NCBI GenBank assembly: GCA_018817005.1
Contig: JAHIUF010000018.1
Coordinates: forward strand, 4,964-68,963
From: Nanobdellota archaeon
GTDB taxonomy: Archaea > Nanobdellota > Nanobdellia > Woesearchaeales > GCA-2686295
Direction: 5' to 3'
Length of the DNA: 64,000 nt
Shown piece after piece: positions 18,963 to 29,042 of the stretch. Made by a program: the position numbers and the translations under genes. Positions within the stretch are counted from its first letter, which is position 1. Each line of letters opens with the position of its first letter. The notes below the pieces were generated by a model. It did not search any database and was not told where the DNA came from. It was given only the letters and a program-made list of their open reading frames with translations.

Positions 18963-19556
18963 TTATTCTTTCCCAACAATAAAATCTGTTATTTCTTTTT
19001 TGTTTTCTGCCAATTTTTTAGAACCATCTATGATATAATAATCCATCGCTATTTTTGGCAGTATTTCTTTATATGATTCATGTAAAGCCGATAAAAAACT
19101 GTCATTCATGACTCTTCCTCTGTAGGTATGATTTACATTTTCTCTTCTAAGTGATTCTTCTGGTGTAACCAAGAAAACCAGTGCTATTTCTTCGAGAAAT
19201 TTGAATTCTTTAAAATATTTTATTTGTGCTTGAAATTGACTTTTGGTTATATAATCTTTTTTGTATAATGCTTGAGTGAATGCCATATGGTCATAAACGC
19301 CCCTGTCAATCAGCAAATAATCAAACTTTTGTTCTTTTGATTCTATCACACGATTCATGGTGTTATGAAATGACCAGGCATTATATAAGAATCGATTATT
19401 TTTATCGATTGGACAAATTCTTGCTCCCTCGTATATATTTCTTGTTAATACTTTTTTTTCGTGTTTTAGAAATGTTTCTATTAACTCTTTGTGCGTAGAC
19501 TTGCCTGCTCTTGGCATTCCCATGAATTCTACAACTTTCATATGAAGATGAATCAA
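18963..19556 (-). CDS. P-loop deoxynucleoside/nucleotide kinase-like protein
   Basis: Walker A GMPRAGKST, LIDRGVYDHMAF and LVTPEESLRR...YRGR resemble the dNK family layout. Confidence 0.5.
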   Translation of the reverse strand: MIHLHMKVVEFMGMPRAGKSTHKELIETFLKHEKKVLTRNIYEGARICPIDKNNRFLYNAWSFHNTMNRVIESKEQKFDYLLIDRGVYDHMAFTQALYKKDYITKSQFQAQIKYFKEFKFLEEIALVFLVTPEESLRRENVNHTYRGRVMNDSFLSALHESYKEILPKIAMDYYIIDGSKKLAENKKEITDFIVGKE

Positions 19557-19597
19557 TAATAATTTATAAAGATTACTATTTAAAAGTAATAACTGTG

Positions 19598-20152
19598 TTA
19601 AATTAAGGTTTCTTTTTTTATATCTTTATAAAAATCCCTTTTAGAATTCTTCATTGATTCAATTGCGTCTTCAGCAAAAGCAGGCATTTTTTTATCCCAA
19701 CCAAAAAAACCACCATTAGAAACATACATACTAAACCTTCCGAAATGAAGAGCTGAAACCTTATATATACCTAAAGAAATAATTGACTCATCAGGAGAGA
19801 TTTGAACAGGTATTAGTTCACCATTATTATACAACGCCTCTTCTTCCTTAGCAGAAAGCGCATCATCAAAACCAACCAAGTTTGAAAGAGATTCATCTCC
19901 ATCAAAATCCTTGGAATTTATATGTTTAAGAATTGTATTTAAATGAGAATTTTCCAACTTCCAAAATTGATTAACATTATAAGAAAGAATGCTTGTTTCG
20001 TACAAATCAGGGTTTTCAGCGGTTTTTTTTACTAGAGTACAAAGATGACTCGTTGCAAAAGCATAATCATCAAATCTTACAAACTTCATAAAGCTTGAAA
20101 AAAAACCTGAGTCTATTGCACCATGAGATTTTGTTATAAGTTCCAATGTCAT
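19598..20152 (-). CDS. hypothetical protein
   Basis: 184-aa ORF. Confidence 0.4.
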   Translation of the reverse strand: MTLELITKSHGAIDSGFFSSFMKFVRFDDYAFATSHLCTLVKKTAENPDLYETSILSYNVNQFWKLENSHLNTILKHINSKDFDGDESLSNLVGFDDALSAKEEEALYNNGELIPVQISPDESIISLGIYKVSALHFGRFSMYVSNGGFFGWDKKMPAFAEDAIESMKNSKRDFYKDIKKETLI

Positions 20153-20196
20153 AAAAAAAAGAAAAGAAGACAGATTTAAAAAGGTTTATAACAAAT

Positions 20197-20497
20197 CTAA
20201 ATTGCACCAAGAATTATGACAACAAGTATTCCTGCAATAAGAGAAAAAATTGTTAAGTGATTCTTACAGTTTCCACAAGAAGCAATAATAACTCCAACAA
20301 CACAAATAAAAATCAACGATTGAGCTATACTTTCAGGTACTAACTCCCAAAAAAGATATCACAAGCATAACACCACCTGCAAATGCAAGCATTGAATACA
20401 TAAATCTATTATTGGGTTTTTTCAAAACACCAATAAGCGAACCTAAAAATGGTCCTAAACCCTAAACCGCCAAAATTAAGATAATAGTGTTCTGCAT
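20197..20497 (-). pseudogene. Remnant of a ZIP-family (ZupT-like) metal transporter: N-terminal ~100 codons with in-frame amber stop and a T-run frameshift
   Basis: Minus-strand translation MQNTIILILAV*GLGPFLGSLIGVLKKPNNRFMYSMLAFAGGVMLVISF(frameshift)ELVPESIAQS... matches the ZupT N-terminus (..[47 protein letters not shown]); about 160 codons are missing. Confidence 0.45.
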
Positions 20498-20665
20498 ATT
20501 ATTTTTATAAAAAAATTAATCTATATAAATGTATTTTTATTTTAAAAAACGAGTTTCAAGCCCTTAAAATGAAAACGTTTATAAACAAATTCTTGTTTTG
20601 TTGAAAAAACATAACTGAAAATCAAAATCTGGTTTTCATTTATGCAATATTTCGGAGGAGAAAAT

Positions 20666-20830
20666 ATGCAAAGATCAAACGGCGGTGGACCAAGAAGAGA
20701 TTTTGGACCACGAGATATGCATAAGGCAACTTGTTCTGAGTGTGGCCAAGAATGTGAAGTTCCATTCAAACCAACTGAAGGCAAACCAGTCTTTTGCAAA
20801 GAATGCTTTAGAAAAAAAAGAAAATTTTAG
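20666..20830 (+). CDS. Small zinc-ribbon protein with RGG-like N-terminus
   Basis: CSECGQEC...VFCKECF (CxxC-x16-CxxC); GGAGGAG SD 5 nt upstream of ATG 20666; upstream in-frame ATG at 20642 is an alternative start. Confidence 0.5.
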   Translation: MQRSNGGGPRRDFGPRDMHKATCSECGQECEVPFKPTEGKPVFCKECFRKKRKF

Positions 20831-21126
20831 ATTTCTAAAAGACATCTAAGAAAAACTAATTTATTATTTTTTTATTAATTATTATTTTAAAATTTACACA
20901 TTGCTATAAAAATAAGTTATCATTCTTCATATTAATTAACACGACAATTAATCCAATCTATGAATTAATAAAACAAAAACCATATTGTTGCGTTCCTGCG
21001 TGTATTCAAATAATTCTTAAACGAAGAGGACTAACATACATTGAACAAGAGAACATAAGATGGGATTTAGGACTGACAATTTCAAGTTTAGAAAAAAATT
21101 ATTTTAAAAAAGTCCTTACAGGAAAA

Positions 21127-21504
21127 ATGCCAAAATCAGGTTGGGGAACTCAAATCAATAAAAAAGAACATGGCTTAACAAATTTTTTCTTAAAAAATGA
21201 TGTTGCTTTAAAAGAAGAATACCACTTGATAAATTATCTGAGCGATATCTCATCATTCATCAAGTTTCACTTGCAAGAAAATCATGACTTGTTAACCTGT
21301 TATAATTATGGCATGCTCCACGACAACTTTTTCCCATATGGTCATGCATCACTCATTGAAAGCATAGATGTGAACAATGAAAAAATTGTGCTTGCAGACC
21401 CGCATAAAAAAAGAATAATTGTTTCTGTAAGCACCCTAGAAAATGCTATTAAAGAACACAAGAAAAGTAATAACGAGTTAGGGAGATTTTGGGTTATTTA
21501 TTAA
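21127..21504 (+). CDS. Peptidase C39-like domain protein (C-terminal part; conserved N-terminal Cys region lies upstream with no canonical start)
   Basis: Open frame continues upstream to 20860, encoding KQKPYCCVPACIQIILKRRGL (C39-type Q/Cys motif) with no ATG/GTG/TTG; putative His motif YGHASLI downstream. Confidence 0.45.
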   Translation: MPKSGWGTQINKKEHGLTNFFLKNDVALKEEYHLINYLSDISSFIKFHLQENHDLLTCYNYGMLHDNFFPYGHASLIESIDVNNEKIVLADPHKKRIIVSVSTLENAIKEHKKSNNELGRFWVIY

Positions 21505-22262
21505 AGAAGTTTTATTGTTTCTTTCAATTTTGTTGGACCGTGGGAATAAACAGGAACTCCTTTGTTTATCACTTGTTTAATTATATCATCTAAAAACACT
21601 CTTTGTGAAGGAAGGGTCATTCCTGTTTCGTTTTCTTCTGGTTTGTAAAAATAATTTGATCCTTTGTATTCTTCACCAGAAGTTATCTCATTACTAAACT
21701 CTACACCGTATAAATGAATATTTTTTGCACCCATAATGAAAGCTACTTGTACAGCCATACATGCACTTGTTCCACCAACATTTATGCTAGTTTGATATTT
21801 TGATACAGGCTCATCACTTGTTACTTTTCTGATTAAATAATGATTTTTGGCAGGTTCAGGTATTTTAGAGAAATAATAATCTATAAATTCATTGCCAGGC
21901 AAAATACATCTTAAACCTTGACCTTTTTTGAAGTGCGTTATATTGGGATTTTTATCCATGTATGTTTCATAGACTCTAATCATATCTTCTCTTAGTTTTT
22001 TATTTGGATAAAATTTTTCAGAATAAATTGCTGTGTGGGGTCTCAGGATGCAATGTACATCAGAGTCTAAACCTTTAAACCAGGATCTGGTGTGTGTTGC
22101 TTCATCTCCTGAAATAAAGTAGTCATCTGACTGCAATAGTTTGCCAGCACCATTAACACCTATTGCTTTTGTTTCATTTCTTTTAAACAATAATGCTGAA
22201 GGTGCAGAACCAATAACTGCAAAGTCTTCTCCTTGATGTAAATCTCTGAATTTATCAAGCAT
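21501..22262 (-). CDS. DUF115/MptE-like protein (possible archaeal 6-hydroxymethylpterin diphosphokinase)
   Basis: AVIGSAPSA N-terminal glycine motif and VGGTSACMAVQVAFIMGAKNIHLYGVEF resemble MptE-like family signatures. Confidence 0.45.
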   Translation of the reverse strand: MLDKFRDLHQGEDFAVIGSAPSALLFKRNETKAIGVNGAGKLLQSDDYFISGDEATHTRSWFKGLDSDVHCILRPHTAIYSEKFYPNKKLREDMIRVYETYMDKNPNITHFKKGQGLRCILPGNEFIDYYFSKIPEPAKNHYLIRKVTSDEPVSKYQTSINVGGTSACMAVQVAFIMGAKNIHLYGVEFSNEITSGEEYKGSNYFYKPEENETGMTLPSQRVFLDDIIKQVINKGVPVYSHGPTKLKETIKLL

Positions 22263-22359
22263 TTTATTAGGTAAAATAAGAGTTAATTTATTAATTTTTT
22301 GTCTTTTTTACCATTAATGAGTAGTTTTAGAGAAATAGTTTGACTTTAAGCATGAACAA

Positions 22360-23142
22360 CTAATAACCATCATCTAAACCTATAAGAAGCGAACTCTCAC
22401 CAATTCTAACTTTTAAAGGGTTCAAATCAATAAAACCATCATCTCTTCCAGACATCGAAAAAAGAATTTTTTTCACGTTAGAAATATTTACTCCACCAGA
22501 AGCCTTAACGCCTTTTGAAAAATTTTTTCGCATAATATTTAAATCTTCAACAAGTGCACCATAAGAACTAAATCCGGTTGAAGTTTTTACAAAATCAACG
22601 TTCGCAGCCTCACAAAGTTCGCAAGCTTTTTTTATCTGTTCCTTTATAAGTTCTGAGTTTTCAAGAATAACCTTTACAAGCACATCAAATTTATGCGCTT
22701 CAAAAACAACCGCTTTTATCTCTTCACAAACAAACTCAAAATCCCCTTTTTTTAGTTTTTCATAATTAATAACCATATCAATTTCTTTTGCACCAGCAGC
22801 AATTGCAAGTTTTGTTTCAAAAATTTTAAAATCAGTAGAATAATGAGATCCATCAGGAAATCCAACAACCGATGCAACTAAAATTTTTTCTTTATCATGT
22901 TCTTTTAAAAAATTTAATGCAAAAGAAACATCTTCAGGTCTTACACAAATCGCGTGAGGAGAAAACTTTAAATTAATAGTTTCATTTAAAAAGTTTAGGA
23001 ATAATTCTTTTCTTAAGCTCACACAACTTTCATTTTCTCGAACTGTTTTTTTAAAAGACTCGGAGCGATAAAGAAAAGTGTGATCACAAATTGAAGCGAT
23101 GTTTTCTGAATTTAAATCATTAATTTTTAATAATTTAGTCAT
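22360..23142 (-). CDS. deoC: Deoxyribose-phosphate aldolase
   Basis: DFVKTSTGF (Schiff-base Lys region), VKASGGV, EIDMVIN, ICVRP. Confidence 0.7.
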   Translation of the reverse strand: MTKLLKINDLNSENIASICDHTFLYRSESFKKTVRENESCVSLRKELFLNFLNETINLKFSPHAICVRPEDVSFALNFLKEHDKEKILVASVVGFPDGSHYSTDFKIFETKLAIAAGAKEIDMVINYEKLKKGDFEFVCEEIKAVVFEAHKFDVLVKVILENSELIKEQIKKACELCEAANVDFVKTSTGFSSYGALVEDLNIMRKNFSKGVKASGGVNISNVKKILFSMSGRDDGFIDLNPLKVRIGESSLLIGLDDGY

Positions 23143-23221
23143 AAAAAAACAATATTAAAAACAAATTATTTAAATGTTTAGAAAATTAACTGATTAAAAA
23201 AAGAAAAGAGATAAAAAAGAA

Positions 23222-23593
23222 ATGAACACACATCAACAAACTGCAAAAGAAACAATTGAGAATCTGAAAAAAATTCAAGGAATCTCGAAAATAATTCTTT
23301 ATGGATCCGTTTTAAAAGAGCAAGAAAAAAAGGATTCAGATATTGATATTGCAATTGTTCTTGATGATATTATGAAAGGAACGCCATTGGACATGGAAGG
23401 CTTACCAACAAACACACATTATAAAATACAACAAATAAAAAAAAAGATAGAAAAACAAAATAAAAAAAAACTTCACATCGTCATGTATTGGGAATCAGAA
23501 TATGAAAAAGGAATATTACTCGAATCTGAAAATAAAAAACCAGGAAAATTATGTGAAGAAGGAAAAATAGTTTATGATGGTTATGATAATTAA
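23222..23593 (+). CDS. Minimal nucleotidyltransferase (MNT, Pol-beta superfamily)
   Basis: ILYGSVLKEQEKKDSDIDIAIVLDD (GS-x9-13-DxD motif). Confidence 0.65.
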   Translation: MNTHQQTAKETIENLKKIQGISKIILYGSVLKEQEKKDSDIDIAIVLDDIMKGTPLDMEGLPTNTHYKIQQIKKKIEKQNKKKLHIVMYWESEYEKGILLESENKKPGKLCEEGKIVYDGYDN

Positions 23594-23839
23594 TTATTGA
23601 TTCTTATTCTCTAAATCAGAAAAAACATCTCTTAAAGATACAAACACCCAAACAGCATTGAGTATTAGAAAAGGATAACTTTTGATAAGAACTGCATAAA
23701 CAACTAACAACAGTGCACCCACCAAGTTCCAAAAATCATATTTGAAATCAGTATCTTTCCACTTGTGAATTTGTACCATGACAAAACATAAAAGAATCAA
23801 AAACATACCAATAAAACCAATTATTTGAACAATCATCAA
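23594..23839 (-). CDS. small membrane protein (hypothetical)
   Basis: 81 aa, two hydrophobic helices. Confidence 0.35.
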   Translation of the reverse strand: MMIVQIIGFIGMFLILLCFVMVQIHKWKDTDFKYDFWNLVGALLLVVYAVLIKSYPFLILNAVWVFVSLRDVFSDLENKNQ

Positions 23840-23950
23840 ATAAATAAGACCATGATTATTAATAAAAGTTTCTAAAAAAAATTAAAAAATTTTCTTCTCG
23901 ACGCCAAAACAACAAATAACTTTATAAATGATTCTGTCTCAAACAATAAA

Positions 23951-26146
23951 ATGACTTTGGGTGAGAGTTCAACTTCTAAATTTCAAAGCAAAAAATTTGG
24001 AACTGCATCAGGAGTGATGGTTCCTTCAATACTCGCTATTTTAGGTGCAGTAATGTATTTGATAGTCCCAAAAGTTTTGGGTGGTGTTGGTCTAATCAAG
24101 ATGCTGGGCATAATTCTATTAGCCCATTCTATAACTATTGCAACAGCGTTTTCAATATCTGCAATTGCGACAAACATCAATGTTAAAGGGGGCGGACTTT
24201 ACTATTTAATCTCCAGAAGTTTAGGTAGAGCATTTGGAGGCAGCATGGGAATACAACTGTTTTTAGCTCAAACAATTGCTGCAGCATTTTATACAATTGC
24301 TTTTACTAAAGTATTCCATGAATTATTAACAACAGTAAACATTTTTATACCTGAAAGATACTTGGCAATGCTTTGTTTAGTGGTTTTTTTCTTAATTGTT
24401 TTTAGAGGTGCACAATTCGTAATAAAAATACAATACCTCATACTTATAACAATATTATTATCATTAGTTTCAATCTTTCTTACTCCAAACATAAATGCGA
24501 TTAATGCAAATCTTTTAGGAAACCACGGAATAAGCATACCTTTCTGGATTGCGTTCGCACTGTTTTTCCCTGCAGTCACAGGAATTGATGCAGGAGTTGG
24601 TATGAGTGGAGATTTGAAAACTCCTAGAAAAAGTCTTGTCAAAGGAACATTTTTTTCAATCATTCTAACAATGTGTATTTATGTTTGTCTTGTGATAAAG
24701 CTTTCTTATAGTATTCTTCCAATAGCATTAAGCTCTGACCCGCTAATAATAAAAAACTTTGCTCTAATACCAAGTCTTATCTATGCGGGAATAATGGTTG
24801 CAACAGTTTCATCAGCCCTTAGTTGTATGATGACTGCTCCAAGATCACTGAGAGCCATAACCGAAGATGAAGTTATCCCAAAAAAATGTGCTATTCTTTC
24901 CAAATCAATTGGAAAAAGTACGGAACCGCATTATTCTTTAATTGTTAGTTTCATAATCGGTGAGATAGTATTATTTTTTGGTGGTCTAGACATAGTCTCA
25001 ATAATTGTTAGTATGTTTTTCTTAAATGTTTATGGCTGGATTAACGGCGCAGCGTTTCTAGAAAACATCAGTAAAAATCCGAGTTACAGACCAACATTTA
25101 ATGCTCCGTGGATAATATCACTATATGGAATGGTGACTTGTTATTTTGTTATGTACTTATTCAATCCATATATTATGCTTGCGGGAATCGCGTTTCAACT
25201 GCTAGTGTTTTATGTGTTAACAAAAAACCGTACATCAATACAAATAGAAAGTGTTTGGGAAGGTGTCTGGTTTCAAATTTTCAGAACTGTTCTTAATAGA
25301 ATAGAAAGCACTTATAAAAGCAAAAAGAACTGGAGACCAACAATTGTTAGTTTTTCGCTCCAAGAACAAAACAGAAATTTAATGCTCTCACTTATTGACA
25401 GCATCAGTTCTAATAGAAGCATTATGAAAATATACATGCTGATAAAAGGAAATGTTTCTAAAAAAACATTAATGAAAACAGAGATAGAAGAAACAACAAA
25501 AGAGCACATCAAAGAAAATGATTTAGATATTTTTCCAAGAGTAATAATAACTCAAGATTGTAAGTCAACAGTTGAAACCATTATACAAAGCGAAACAATT
25601 GGTAACATGTCACTTAATACTGTCCTTTTAGACTATGATGAAAAAATTCCTTTGCAAGATATTGCTAATATTTCATTCAACCTGAGAAAGAATTTTTTAA
25701 TATTAAGAAACAGGGCAGGAATTTCAAATTTTCATAAAATCGATGTTTGGTGGAAAAGCCCACGAAACGGTAACCTTGCACTCTTGATTGCATATTTAGT
25801 AACCCACTCTAATAAATGGAAGGAAAATAATCCAATAATCAGAATATTTCATGTTGTAAGTAATAAAAAACATTATACTCTTGCGCGTGAGCGAATGAAT
25901 CGAATGATAGCACAATCAAGAATTGATAATATAGAGGTCCATGTCATAATAAGTAAAGAATATGAATTTGAAAAAGTCATTCATGAAAATTCAGCATATT
26001 CGGACTTGGTAATTATTGGTCTTTCAAAACACAAGAAAGAAAGTGTAAATAAAAAATCAATTGAAAGAATGAAAAATTTTACAAGTAATTTAAATGCAAG
26101 TCTAATTGTTAATGCGCATGACGAGATTGATTTTAAGGTCAATTAA
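23951..26146 (+). CDS. Cation:chloride cotransporter-like (SLC12/APC superfamily) permease with large C-terminal cytoplasmic domain
   Basis: GGLYYLISRSLGRAFGGSMGIQLFLAQ matches the CCC family signature (GAYYMISRSLGPEFGG); about 12 TM segments plus ~280-aa C-terminal domain. Confidence 0.65.
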   Translation: MTLGESSTSKFQSKKFGTASGVMVPSILAILGAVMYLIVPKVLGGVGLIKMLGIILLAHSITIATAFSISAIATNINVKGGGLYYLISRSLGRAFGGSMGIQLFLAQTIAAAFYTIAFTKVFHELLTTVNIFIPERYLAMLCLVVFFLIVFRGAQFVIKIQYLILITILLSLVSIFLTPNINAINANLLGNHGISIPFWIAFALFFPAVTGIDAGVGMSGDLKTPRKSLVKGTFFSIILTMCIYVCLVIKLSYSILPIALSSDPLIIKNFALIPSLIYAGIMVATVSSALSCMMTAPRSLRAITEDEVIPKKCAILSKSIGKSTEPHYSLIVSFIIGEIVLFFGGLDIVSIIVSMFFLNVYGWINGAAFLENISKNPSYRPTFNAPWIISLYGMVTCYFVMYLFNPYIMLAGIAFQLLVFYVLTKNRTSIQIESVWEGVWFQIFRTVLNRIESTYKSKKNWRPTIVSFSLQEQNRNLMLSLIDSISSNRSIMKIYMLIKGNVSKKTLMKTEIEETTKEHIKENDLDIFPRVIITQDCKSTVETIIQSETIGNMSLNTVLLDYDEKIPLQDIANISFNLRKNFLILRNRAGISNFHKIDVWWKSPRNGNLALLIAYLVTHSNKWKENNPIIRIFHVVSNKKHYTLARERMNRMIAQSRIDNIEVHVIISKEYEFEKVIHENSAYSDLVIIGLSKHKKESVNKKSIERMKNFTSNLNASLIVNAHDEIDFKVN

Positions 26147-26155
26147 AAAAAAAAA

Positions 26156-26539
26156 CTAATTTACCGCTTCCCAATTATTGAGTGTCGCTGTTTTTCTTTC
26201 ACGCAAGTTTCCTTGCTCTAATTCTACAACAAAGCATCCCTGGCATGTTGCAGTTGTAACACTAATTATTGTTGTAGCATTTTTATAACCTACAAAATTC
26301 ACTGCAATCTTTGCAGCTTTTCGTTGATTCAAATCAAGCTCCCATGTTCTTATACAAGCATTCACAGACTCATTCCAAGTATATCCTGCAGCTCCAAGAC
26401 ATCCAAATTCATTTCTTTCTCCACCTATTATTTTTTCTTCTAATAATTCTTTATCATTTTCTTTGATTGTATCATCTGTTTTTGAACATGAACTAAAAAT
26501 TAATAAAGATATTGCTAGAAGAACAATTATTTGTTTCAT
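26156..26539 (-). CDS. putative lipoprotein (hypothetical)
   Basis: Signal peptide with lipobox-like LIFSSC; start set at MKQIIVLL. Confidence 0.4.
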   Translation of the reverse strand: MKQIIVLLAISLLIFSSCSKTDDTIKENDKELLEEKIIGGERNEFGCLGAAGYTWNESVNACIRTWELDLNQRKAAKIAVNFVGYKNATTIISVTTATCQGCFVVELEQGNLRERKTATLNNWEAVN

Positions 26540-26680
26540 ATTACACCTCCAATTCGCTTCATATAATAAAATAGTTGATTTATTCATATTTAAATATTGT
26601 TTTCATTTCAATGGAGTTTAAAACAATAAAGCTTTTAGAGTACAATAAATGTTTTAAAGAGTTAAAAATTTTAAAAAAAT

Positions 26681-27010
26681 ATGTTTTCAAGAAAAAAAGT
26701 TTATGGAGAATACAAAAAAGATATTTGTCCTTTTTGTGAAAAGCAAGCAACAAGCATTAATCAACAGGGTGTTCCTGTATGTCAACAGCACAAAACAGAA
26801 GAGCTTCCTCTTATGAAGTGTGTTTGTGGAGAAACTCTTGATTTAAAAACAGGCAAATTCGGTGCATATTTTCACTGCATGAACTGTGGAAACATTAGCT
26901 TTCACAAAGCAATGGATATAAATCCAAAAATAAACTTTGAAAGAAAAAAAGAAGCAACCCAAAAAAAAGAAATAACTGTCACTTCTGACGAAGCAGATTT
27001 CATATTTTAG
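26681..27010 (+). CDS. Zinc-ribbon protein with topoisomerase-type C4 zinc fingers
   Basis: CPFCEK...VCQQH and CVCGETLDLKTGKFGAYFHCMNCGN match the zf-C4_Topoisom pattern. Confidence 0.5.
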   Translation: MFSRKKVYGEYKKDICPFCEKQATSINQQGVPVCQQHKTEELPLMKCVCGETLDLKTGKFGAYFHCMNCGNISFHKAMDINPKINFERKKEATQKKEITVTSDEADFIF

Positions 27011-28959
27011 GATTTTGAAACATCAATTCTTTCTTTTAATTTTTTAACTCTATCTCGAAGTGCAATTGCTCTTTCGAATTCAAGTTTGTTTGCGGCTTTT
27101 TGCATTTCGAACTCTAATTCTATAATCAAATTCGGAACATCTTTTTTTGGAATGTGTTTTGCATCTGTTAGTTCAATTTCTTTTTCTTTAATAGGCTTTA
27201 TTATTGTTTTTGGTGTAATCTTATTTTTCTTATTATATTTCAACTGCAAATTTCTTCTTCTATTGGTTTCTAAAACTGCTTTTTTTATTGAATCAGTAAT
27301 TTTATCAGCGTATAAAACAACCTTTGAATTTATGTTTCTTGCAGCTCTGCCGATGATTTGTATAAGGCTTCTTGCGTCACGCAAAAATCCTTCTTTATCT
27401 GCGTCAAGTACTCCTATAAATCCTACTTCAGGAATGTCTAACCCTTCTCTTAAAAGATTAATCCCGACTAAGACGTCAAATTTTCCAAGCCTTAATTGTC
27501 TTATAATTTCTGTTCTTTCAAGTGTATCAATTTCAGAATGAAGATATCGAGTTTTTATTCCTGCTTCTGCAAAATATTCTGTTAATTCTTCAGCAAGTTT
27601 TTTTGTAAGTGTTGTTACAAGAACCCGGTCACCTCTGCTGATTGTTAATCGGATCTCTTCTTTTAAATCATTAATTTGTCCTTTAATTGGTTTTATCAAA
27701 ACCACTGGATCAACAAGACCTGTAGGTCTGATTATTTGTTCTACGATCTGTGATGAATGTGTTTCTTCATAAGGCCCTGGAGTTGCCGAAACAAACAACA
27801 CATTATTTTTTTTCATGAATTTTTCAAACTCTGAAAAGTCTAATGGTCGGTTATCAAATGCACTTGGAAGTCTGAAACCATAATCTATTAAATTTTTTTT
27901 TCTCGAATAATCACCCTTATACATTCCTCTTACTTGTGGTAATGTTTGGTGACTTTCATCAATAACAATCATAAAATCTTCTGGAAAATAATCAAGCAAA
28001 CAAAAAGGCCTCTCACCTTTTTTTCTTCCTTCAAAATACCTAGAATAATTTTCTATGCCTTTACAAAAACCTGTTTCTTCAATCATTTCCAAATCATAAA
28101 GAGTTCTTTGTTTTAATCGATGAGCCTCTAAAGGTTCTAATTCCAAAAGTCGCTCTTTAAGATCATCTTTTATTAAGTCTATTGAAGAACTTATTGTTTC
28201 CGGCGATATAACAAATTGTCTTGCGGGATAAACATGAAAATATTTCATATCTTCTAAAACATTACCAGATGTTTTTTCAATTTCAAGAATTTTTTCTACA
28301 ATATCACCAAATAATTCTATTCTTATGATGTTATCAAAATATCCTGGTATAAAATCAATTGTATCACCTTTAACCCTGAATCTTCCGGGCATAAGTTCTA
28401 AATCGTTTCTTTCAAACTGTAAATCAACAAGTTTTCTTATCAAGTCATTTCTTGAAAACTTTTTTTTAGAAACTATTTCAAATCCCATTTGTACAAAATT
28501 TTTTGGATCGCCAACACTGTAAATACAAGAAACTGAAGCTACAACTATCACATCTTTTCTTGATATAAGTGAGGCTGTTGCCGCAAGCCTCATCTGTTCG
28601 ATTTTTGGATTTACCTGGGCATCTTTTTCTATGTACTGATCTTTTTGTGGTATATATGATTCTGGCTGGTAATAATCATAGTATGAGACAAAATATTCAA
28701 CTCTATTTTTGGGAAAGAAATCTTTAAATTCGTTATAGAGTTGAGCAGCTAAAGTCTTGTTGTGTGCTAAAACAAGAGTTGGTTTTTGTATTTGAGATAT
28801 GATGTTTGCAACTGTAAATGTTTTTCCAGAACCCGTAACTCCCAGAAGCGTTTGGTAATTTAGTTTGTTCTTTAATCCTTTCATGAGTTTTTTTATTGCT
28901 TCTGGCTGTGAGCCTTTAGGCTTAAAGCTTGATTTGAGTTTAAATTCATTTAATGCCAT
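27007..28959 (-). CDS. uvrB: Excinuclease ABC subunit B
   Basis: 650 aa, LLGVTGSGKTFTVANII Walker A, helicase motifs, C-terminal UVR domain. Confidence 0.9.
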   Translation of the reverse strand: MALNEFKLKSSFKPKGSQPEAIKKLMKGLKNKLNYQTLLGVTGSGKTFTVANIISQIQKPTLVLAHNKTLAAQLYNEFKDFFPKNRVEYFVSYYDYYQPESYIPQKDQYIEKDAQVNPKIEQMRLAATASLISRKDVIVVASVSCIYSVGDPKNFVQMGFEIVSKKKFSRNDLIRKLVDLQFERNDLELMPGRFRVKGDTIDFIPGYFDNIIRIELFGDIVEKILEIEKTSGNVLEDMKYFHVYPARQFVISPETISSSIDLIKDDLKERLLELEPLEAHRLKQRTLYDLEMIEETGFCKGIENYSRYFEGRKKGERPFCLLDYFPEDFMIVIDESHQTLPQVRGMYKGDYSRKKNLIDYGFRLPSAFDNRPLDFSEFEKFMKKNNVLFVSATPGPYEETHSSQIVEQIIRPTGLVDPVVLIKPIKGQINDLKEEIRLTISRGDRVLVTTLTKKLAEELTEYFAEAGIKTRYLHSEIDTLERTEIIRQLRLGKFDVLVGINLLREGLDIPEVGFIGVLDADKEGFLRDARSLIQIIGRAARNINSKVVLYADKITDSIKKAVLETNRRRNLQLKYNKKNKITPKTIIKPIKEKEIELTDAKHIPKKDVPNLIIELEFEMQKAANKLEFERAIALRDRVKKLKERIDVSKS

Positions 28960-29042
28960 TTTCTTTTGATAAAATTATAACAAACTTATAACAAAAACTT
29001 TTATTTTAATTTAAAAAGGTTACTGCCTCGTGTCTAGTGTGA

